NCBI GenBank assembly: GCA_950097015.1
Contig: CATNEN010000039.1
Location: forward strand, 15,190,001 to 15,254,000
Direction: 5' to 3'
Length of the DNA: 64,000 nucleotides
Source of the DNA: Macrostomum hystrix
Taxonomy: Eukaryota; Animalia; Platyhelminthes
Under the pieces are notes generated by a model that saw only the letters and a program-made list of their open reading frames with translations, was not told the origin of the DNA and did not search any database. The first letter of the stretch is position 1. Each line of letters begins with the position of its first letter. Both the position numbers and the translations under genes were made by a program. Positions 56,140-64,000 of the stretch are shown here, piece by piece.

Positions 56140-57340
56140 CAGGGATGGGTCAAGATGTGTCAGGATGAGTCAAGATGTGTCAGGATGGGTCAAGATGTGT
56201 TAAAGTGGGTCAACTTGTGTCAGAATGGGTTAAGATGTGTCAGGATGGGTCAAGATGTGTAAGTATTGGTCAAGATGTGTCAGGGTGCGTCAAGATGTCT
56301 CATGATGGTTCAGGGTATGTCAAGATTAGTCAAGATGTGTCAGGATAGGTTAATGTGTTTCCGGATGGGTCAAGATGTGTCAGGATGAGTCAATATGTGT
56401 CAGGATGAGTCAAGATGTGTCAGGATGAGTCAAGATGTGTCAGGATGGGTCAAGATGTGTTAGAGTGGGTCAACTTGTGTCAGAATGGGTTAAGATGTGT
56501 CAGGATGGGTCAAGATGTGTAAGTATTGGTCAAGATGTGTCAGGGTGCGTCAAGATGTCTCAGGATGGTTCAGGGTATGTCAAGATTAGTCAAGATGTGT
56601 CAGGATAGGTTAATGTGTTTCCGGATGGGTCAAGATGTGTCAGGATGAGTCAAGATGTGTCAGGATGAGTCAAGATGTGTCAGGATGAGTCAGGATGTGT
56701 CAGGATGGGTCAAGATGTGTTAGAGTGGGTCAACTTGTGTCAGAATGGGTTAAGATGTGTCAGGATGGGTCAAGATGTGTAAGTATTGGTCAAGATGTGT
56801 CAGGGTGCGTCAAGATGTCTCAGGATGGTTCAGGGTATGTCAAGATTAGTCAAGATGTGTCAGGATAGGTTAAGGTGTTTCCGGATGGGTCAAGGTGTGT
56901 CAGGGTGGGTCAAGATGTGTCAGGATATGTCAAGATGTGTCAGGGTATGTCAAGATGGGTCAACATGTGTCAGGGTGGGTTAATGGGTGTCAGGGTGGGT
57001 CAAGATGTGTCAGGGTGCGTCAAGATGTGTCAGTGTGCGTCAAGATGCGTCAGGGTGGGTCAAGATGTGTCACGGTGGGTCAATATGTGTCAGGGTGCGT
57101 CAAGATGCGTCAGGGTGGGTCAAGATGCGTCAGGGTGCGTCAATATGGGTCAGGGTGCGTCAAGATGCGTCAGGGTGGGTCAAGATGTGTCACGGTGGGT
57201 CAATATGTGTCAGGGTGCGTCAAGATGTGTCAGGGTGCGTCAAGATGTGTCAGGGTGGGTCAGTATAGGTTAAAGTATTTCAGGATGGGTCAAATTGTGT
57301 CAGGATGGGTATATGTGTCAGGGTGTGTCACTGTGTGTCA
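56140..57340. repeat. Degenerate 10/20-bp minisatellite (CAAGATGTGT/CAGGATGGGT) with a 260-bp higher-order period
   Basis: The variant CAACTTGTGT recurs at 56211, 56471 and 56731. Confidence 0.9.
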
Positions 57341-58501
57341 GGATCGGTCCAAGCTTAAATTTGAATGCCGATTTGCCTCACATTAAACACAGGTTCATCT
57401 CGGGCAAAGAGGGCCCAGGTTCGAAATTTGTCCAGTTGGATTAGCAAGCGGGGCTTCACAGTCTCGCCAAAACCGAGCAGCTTTTTGCTGGGCAGGTCGG
57501 TGGCTAGCTGGATTAGCTGATCAGCGTAGATGAAGGCTGCCGGCACCAGGTTGAACCTGAGAATGGAGACACTTCTGAGCTCAATTTGGCGTGCTCAAAT
57601 AGAAACTATAGATAGCATACTTGGGGAGGCGGAGGGAGTGGTACACTGGGGAGAGGGGGTGTACATTGTGAAGAGGAAGGGAGTGGTACACTGGGGAGAG
57701 GGGGTGTACATTGGGAAGAGGAAGGGAGGGGAACATTGGGGAGAGGGGATGTACATTGGGAAGAGGAAGGGAGATAAACATTGGGGAGAGGGGGTGTACA
57801 TTGTTGTGGTGCCGGTGTCTCTGGCCTTGTGGTTTTGTTAGGCCTTCCTCACCCAGCGCCGTCTTGGCTCAGAGTGCCCGGTGCCGCCATCTGATTGGCT
57901 GGGCGCGGGCATTGTGTGCCTATCCTACCCCAGCCCTGCGTGGCTTTGCCCTCACGCCAATCAGCTCTGCGTAGCTTTGCCCGTCCACCCGTCCAGCGCG
58001 TACAACCCTACCCCCCCCCCAGCGCGCTGTAGGCTTTGTTTGTGCTCCGCCCCTGTCTGCCCCCTTGTCAGCCCTTAAGGTATCGTTTTCTGCCCGGGCC
58101 AAGGCTACCTCTCTCCCCCCTTGCGTACTTTAAAAGATCGTGCCGTAAAGACGGTCTCTTACGGCGAAGGCTCAATTTATTGCATAGCGAAGTGAATATT
58201 GAATAGTGATTCCGAGTGCATGGTTTATTAAAGTGCAAAAATTGCCGACAAATACATACAGCGTCATCCTGCCATCCTATCGTGCGTCCCGACCGGTAAG
58301 CACTGTATTTGTGTCTGTCCTTTCGGGGTGCCAGGTCCGCACGGAGTACTGTAATAATCTTAGAAGTACTGTGTGAGCGTCCTAACGCCATCAGTCCCTG
58401 ACTGCAACAGAGCGTCCTAACGCCTGGTTCAGTGATCGATAATATTTTACTTAATAGGGCTGTGGGCCGGGGATCTCAAACCGACCACTGTCACTACAAA
58501 T

Positions 58502-58519
58502 TGGCGCCCGAACGGGGAC
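58502..58519 (+). promoter_or_regulatory. Primer binding site complementary to the tRNA-Lys(UUU) 3' end
   Basis: TGGCGCCCGAACGGGGAC, one mismatch from the canonical Lys3 PBS TGGCGCCCGAACAGGGAC, 3 nt after the LTR end. Confidence 0.85.
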
Positions 58520-58660
58520 ACGGTCCCTCATTACCGATAGCAACTATTTGTCTCAGCGAGCATCAAGCGGCCTCATTCAGCATCAACTGGGTCAACGAGA
58601 GTGCCAGCTATTGTTCTCTGTCTAGACTCACCTACGCCTAGCCTGACAGAACTTTAAGTC

Positions 58661-59569
58661 ATGGGAGATCAAGCAATGGACGATCTGATCAACGCGCTGG
58701 CCACGCGCCTTAGGGCCAACGCGGAACGCACAGCGCCGAGAATTCCGAAGCCGCCCAAGTACGTCCCATCGATGAACTTCAACTTGTGGCTGCAAAATTT
58801 CAACGAGTACTGCGGGATGGTCGACATTGAAGAAGGAGACCGAAGGCCACACCTAATCAGCCTCCTTGATCTCACAACGGCATACGCCGCAGTAGACAAA
58901 TTGGACCTCCCGGACGATCTTGAATACGGAGAATTTACGGCGAGGCTCGTAGCCCGATTCACCATGAACAGGACGGTGCAGGACTACCGCTTCGAGCTTT
59001 CGAACCGTGACCAGCTAGATAAAGAGGCTGTCGAAACCTACGGAGACGAGCTGTTGGAGCTGGCCCGCAACGCCTTCCCCACTGCAGACGCAGACACCAG
59101 GACCGAGCTGGCAAAGGACAGATTCTTGAAGGGTGTCCGAGTGTCCGACACCGTGCGAGAGAGGCTCTACCTGCAACAGCCGACCGACCTCGCGGAGGCC
59201 ATTCGGACAGTACGACAGCTGGAGGCCGCGCAGAGGGCATCTTCAGCACAGTCTAGAACAAGACCCAGAGCCGGACTGAATGTTCTGGCTGCAGAGACAC
59301 CGGCCACCGCTCTGGACAAAGAAGAGGAGCTGCGCCTGCTGCGTCATCAGGTGAAGACAATGGAGGAGAAAATACAACGCATGGAAAGAAACCAGGCGCA
59401 GTCAACTCAAGCGGCACGACCCGAGGCGCGATTAAACGAGACCGGCCCTTCGAATCCAAAACAACGCAACGGCGTCACGTGCTACCGTTGCGGCGAGGTC
59501 GGACACCTGTCGTTCCAGTGCCAGAATTCGGGAAAAGACAGGAGGGGCCCACGTCCTGGAGGCAACTGA
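58661..59569 (+). CDS. gag: Gypsy Gag with CCHC zinc knuckle
   Basis: Capsid-like region RDQLDKEAVETYGDELLELARNAF...DRFLKG and knuckle CYRCGEVGHLSFQC. Confidence 0.9.
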   Translation: MGDQAMDDLINALATRLRANAERTAPRIPKPPKYVPSMNFNLWLQNFNEYCGMVDIEEGDRRPHLISLLDLTTAYAAVDKLDLPDDLEYGEFTARLVARFTMNRTVQDYRFELSNRDQLDKEAVETYGDELLELARNAFPTADADTRTELAKDRFLKGVRVSDTVRERLYLQQPTDLAEAIRTVRQLEAAQRASSAQSRTRPRAGLNVLAAETPATALDKEEELRLLRHQVKTMEEKIQRMERNQAQSTQAARPEARLNETGPSNPKQRNGVTCYRCGEVGHLSFQCQNSGKDRRGPRPGGN

Positions 59570-62500
59570 GCCCCTGCTATTCGCCAGCCTCAAACCAGCA
59601 TCATCAGCAAGCACTGCCTGGCAATCAGCATCATCAGCAAGCACTGCCTGGCAACCAGCATCATCAGCAACCCCAGCCTCACATTCAGCATCATCAGCAA
59701 GCACTGCCTGGCAACCAGCATCATCAGCAAGCCCTGCCTGGCAACCAGCATCATCAGCAAGCACTGCCTGGCAACCAGCATCATCAGCAAGCACTGCCTG
59801 GCAACCAGCATCATCAGCAACCCCAGCCTCACATTCAGCATCATCAGCAAGCACTGCCTGGCAATCAGCATCATCAGCAAGCACTGCCTGGCAACCAGCA
59901 TCATCAGCAAGCACTGCCTGGCAACCAGCATCATCAGCAAGCACTGCCTGGCAATCAGCATCATCAGCAAGCACAGCCTGGCAACCAGCATCATCAGCAA
60001 GCACTGCCTGGCAACCAGCATCATCAGCAACCCCAGCCTCACATTCAGCATCATCAGCAAGCACTGCCTGGCAACCAGCATCATCAGCAAGCACTGCCTG
60101 GCAATCAGCATCATCAGCAAGCACTGCCTGGCAACCAGCATCATCAGCAAGCACTGCCTGGCAATCAGCATCATCAGCAACCCCAGCCAGTCATCCAGCA
60201 TCATCATCAACCCCAGCCTGGCAACCAGCAACATCAGCAACCACAGCCTGGCACCCAGCGTCATCGCAGATCGAGGCGCAAGAAGACAAAAGCGGGGCTG
60301 TCTACACCGCTAAGGCAACCATCGAGCCCACCTATTCAGATCAATCCGGTATCAATTTTTGTCACCATTAATGTAGCCGGAAAGAAGCTAGACGCTTTAG
60401 TGGACTCTGGAGCATCGTGCTCTATCATGTCTACGGAGACCTACGAAAGCTTGCCGAACTCTAGAATCCAAGTCCTGGCAGGAGCAGAAGGTCATGTCAG
60501 CTTGGCAAACGGGAGTCCGATCTCTATCGAGAAGACAGTACAGTTGCCTGTGGCCATAGCGGGAAAACTCATCAGCACACCGGTACTGGTGGTCAGTGGA
60601 ATCAAATACCAGCTGGTCCTAGGATCGGACTTCTGTAGGGACAACAGCTGTGTCATCGACTACCAGCATGCAGCGTTTAGAGTGGGCGAAAGCTCCATCC
60701 CGATCCGATGGCAGGCAGAACGACCGCTAGTGTGCAGGATCCTGTCACAAAGGTCACGAACTCTAAAACCAGGTCAGCAGATCGTCCTCCCTGGAAGGCT
60801 CGAAAGGAAAGGCCAGCGAAATAGCGGCTGTCTTGGCATCACCGAGAACCTGAGTCAGCTCAACCTCGAGTCCGGACGCTGCCTGGCCAAGGCTCTCGTA
60901 ATACCATCAGAAAAAGCGCTGGTGCCTGCGAGACTCGTTAATCTAACAGAGGAGCCAGTACGAATTAGGAGAGGTAGCACGCTGGGTTGGTTCTGCCCAC
61001 TTGAAGTCGCGGAACCGTTTAACACAGTCGAGCTACTTGCCATGGAATCTGATCCGTCTCGAAGTGCGGGTCTCAGCAAAGGCGATCCAAACGAACTAGA
61101 AATTTCGGAGCTGCTGCCCAACTCCTATGGGTCCTGTGGGCTGACCAGTGATGAAAACTCTGCCTTTCAAGATCTAATCTGGAAATACCGAGACGTGTTT
61201 GCGACCAAGCAGTCCGCGCCAAAAGTCACCACAGTGGTACAGCACGGAATTGACACGACGAACGCGCGGCCCATCAAGATTCCACCGCGCCGATTGCCTC
61301 CGCACCTCCAGCCAGAAGTGGACCACCAAATTGACGAGCTGCTGGAAAAAGGCCAAATAGAAGTGGCACAGTCGCCTTGGTGCTCGCCACTCGTTTGCGT
61401 CCGTAAGAAGAGCGGAGAAATGAGGATGTGTGTGGATTATCGCAAGCTTAACGATGTCACCGTCAAAGACGCAGTGCCTATGCCGAGAGTCGATGATGCA
61501 TTGGAGGCCCTTCATGGGGCACAGATCTTCTCGACTATGGACCTGCACAGTGGGTTTTGGCAGGTCGGCATGTCTCCGAAGGACAAGGACAAGACAGCTT
61601 TTTCAGTGCCACACCGGGGACAATTCCGATGGAAAGTCATGCCGTTTGGCTTGGTGAACAGCCCGGCGACCTTTACCAGGTTGATGGCAGCGGTGTTGGA
61701 CAAGCAGATGTGGAGAACTTGTTTGGTCTACATTGACGACCTGCTAGTGTGGTCTGCCGACGTCGCGGAACATCTGCGTCGATTGGAGGAAATCTTTGAA
61801 AAGCTTCAACTGGCTAATCTTAGCTTGAAGCCACAAAAATGCCACTTTCTGCAAAAAGAAGTTGAGTTCCTGGGGCACAAGGTCTCCGCCACAGGTATCA
61901 GCACGGAAGAGTCCAAAGTCCAGGAAGTGAGAGACTGGCCAACGCCAAAGAACCTGTCGGAGCTGCAGTCTTTCTTAGGGTTGTGTGGCTACTACCGGAG
62001 ATTCATCAGAAATTTTTCCGAGATCGCCGCACCATTGACTCTGTTGACAACTAAAGGCGCAAAGTTCCGATGGGAGGAGGAGCAGGAGACTGCCTTCGAA
62101 GCATTAAAACAGAATTTGACGAGCTCTGAAGTCATGGCACATCCGGACTTTTCGCCTACGGCTGGTGAGTTCGTGCTCGACACCGATGGAAGCTCAAAGG
62201 TTGGAATCGGGGCCGTACTCTCGCAAGTCCAGACCGATGGTTCGGAGCGAGTGATCGCGTATGCCTCAAAGTCGCTGAATCAAGCAGAGCGCAATTACTG
62301 CACGACACGACTAGAGCTGCTGGCAGTGGTGACGTTCGTTGCCAAGTTCAAATACTACCTTCTCGGCAAAGAATTCTGCCTGCGCACTGACCACAGCAGC
62401 CTCCAGTGGCTAAAGAACTTCAAGGATGCTGAGGGACAGGTGGCACGTTGGCTGGAGAAGCTGGCACCGTTCCAGTACAGGATCGTCCACCGGCCAGGTC

Positions 62501-64000
62501 GAGCCCACGTCAATGCGGATGCAATGTCCCGAAAGCCGGTTGTAAGAAAGCATTTTGGCGCCGACTCATGCCCTGTCTGTGCAAGTGGGTATAGCAACAG
62601 GATCAACAGCATCGAACTGGGAGGCTTTTCAGCAGCAGATCTCAAGCGCGAACAGGATGAGGACGGTGACCTACGGGCTGTCAAGAATGCACTGATCCTT
62701 ATTACTCAGTCGCTAAATGCGGGAGAGATCGACACCACGGCCTGGAGTCCACTGGCAAGAGGAATTTGGGCGCGACGAGATGATTTGCTGCTCCAAGAAG
62801 AGACGCTGTTCATACGTGACATGAACAAGAGCGACAAGCAACTCATCGTGCTCCCACAAAGCTGTCTTCCAAGGACGTTGAAAAGCTTGCACCAGGGTGT
62901 CGGAGGCGGCCACATTGGCTTCGCGAAGACGAAACACAAGATGTTGCAGCGTTTCTGGCGGCCAGGTCTGGCCCGGGCGATTGAGGAGTTTATCCGAGGA
63001 TGCGCTGTCTGCTGCAAAGCGAAAGCAGGGAAGAAGAATCGCGCCCCTCTAAAACCTCTCACATTTGCCGCACCATTCGACTGCATCATGGTGGACATTG
63101 TTGGGCCACTGCCGCGAAGCAAAGCCGGAAACTCGTACATTCTGACTGTCCAAGACTCCTTCACTAAGTGGCCAGACGCCTACCCATTGCGCAATCAGAA
63201 AGCGAAGACGGTTGCAAAAGTCCTGTTTGACAGATGGATTAGTCAGCATGGTTGTCCGAACACGCTGCACAGTGACCAAGGAAGAAACTTCGAGTCCAAA
63301 ATCGTGCGAGAGATGTGCCGGATGCTCGAGATCAGGAAGTCGCGGACTACAGCCTACCATCCAAGTGGAAATGGACAGGTTGAAAACTTCAACAAGAGCT
63401 TGAAGTCCATGCTCAAGTGCTGCCTAGAAGACGCCGGACGGAACGACTGGGAGGAGTTCGTGAGTTCAGCGTTGATGGCGTACCGATCGAGCGTCCACAG
63501 AGGCACAGGCTACACGCCCCACTACATGGTCTACGGTACGGAGATGCGCCTGCCTATCGATCTGTCCGACCAGCCGCCCCAGCGCGTGAGCTCGCATGTG
63601 GAATTCGTCAAAGACCTGGAGATCAAATTGCAGACGGCTCATCGCGCTGCGCGGATGCAGCTAAACACGTATCAGAGAAGGCAGAAGGACCACTACGACA
63701 AAAAAACTCGTGGTTCCGACATCAAGGAGGGCGACCACGTCTTTATCTACAGTCCCGCACTGAAGCCTGACGAAGCAGCGAAGTTTCACATCAGTTGGCG
63801 AGGACCTGTCCGTGTACTCTGCAAAATCTCAGAGGTTCTGTTCAAGGTAGAGAATCCGTCGAACCGCAGGAAAACGAAAGTCGTCCACTTCAACAACCTC
63901 CGGAAGTTCCAAGTACAGGAGGTGAAAGGGCCGGAGACCGAGCCGGACGACGTACAGTCCGAAGCCGAAGAACCCGAGCAAGATCAGGAAGAGGAAGACT
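59530..64000 (+). CDS. pol: Gypsy Pol (-1 frame): repeat-rich transframe region, aspartic protease, RT, RNase H, integrase; 3' end incomplete
   Basis: LVDSGAS at ~60400, RMCVDYRKLN, MPFGL, YIDD at ~61729, LDTDGS, NADAMSR, HHCC, DIVGP, SDQG, GNGQVE. The frame appears open to the window end. Confidence 0.9.
59593..60260 (+). repeat. 30-bp coding tandem repeat (NQHHQQALPG, about 22 copies)
   Basis: AACCAGCATCATCAGCAAGCACTGCCTGGC units, in the pol frame. Confidence 0.93.

Larger units (their letters stand above)
51097..57556 (-). pseudogene. GH31 alpha-glucosidase (maltase-glucoamylase/GAA-like), partial and apparently disrupted
   Basis: Exons 57556-57382, 56071-55975, 55017-54644, 53311-53173, 52459-52340, 52246-52120, 52030-~51790 and 51254-~51097. 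Motifs [50 protein letters not shown]|DMNEP (nucleophile), HYNIHSLYG, DQDP, RYRLNPHLYTLF..GGTVVRPLFF. One exon is frameshifted and the acid/base segment is missing. The 5' exons presumably lie beyond the Gypsy insertion. Confidence 0.85.
57802..64000 (+). mobile_element. Ty3/Gypsy LTR retrotransposon (5' LTR, PBS, gag, pol), running off the window
   Basis: LTR TGTTGTG(57802)...CACTACA(58498), followed by a PBS, gag with CCHC knuckle, and pol in PR-RT-RH-IN order. Confidence 0.95.

Overview
Eukaryotic (metazoan) genomic DNA with GT-AG introns, most of which hold their own minisatellite. The style suggests a flatworm such as Macrostomum, but that is inference only. Host genes: OPA1-like dynamin GTPase (8 exons, -), spartin-like (3 exons, -), MED7 with an acidic tail (3 exons, -), a small 2-TM protein (-), a Cys-rich secreted or anchored protein (+), and a damaged GH31 alpha-glucosidase (-). 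Most of 15.5-46.5 kb and 57.8-64 kb is transposon-derived: a Helentron/Helitron2 with intact ends whose Rep-PIF1 polyprotein begins with a USP-type (C19) protease; a decayed Mutator/NOF-FB-like element carrying Ulp1 and PHD domains; a truncated BEL/Pao element split by an 868-bp foldback element; a cluster of RNase H-bearing LINEs inside one minisatellite; and a Gypsy element with a -1 frameshift. The strongest candidate for a new system is the full-length Ingi-like LINE at 37231-41718. Its 5' end is an HDV-like ribozyme, and its single ORF opens with a 38-aa leader ending in LHLVLRLRGG, identical to ubiquitin residues 67-76, at the position where related elements carry a 2A peptide. This suggests the protein is matured by host deubiquitinases (inference).
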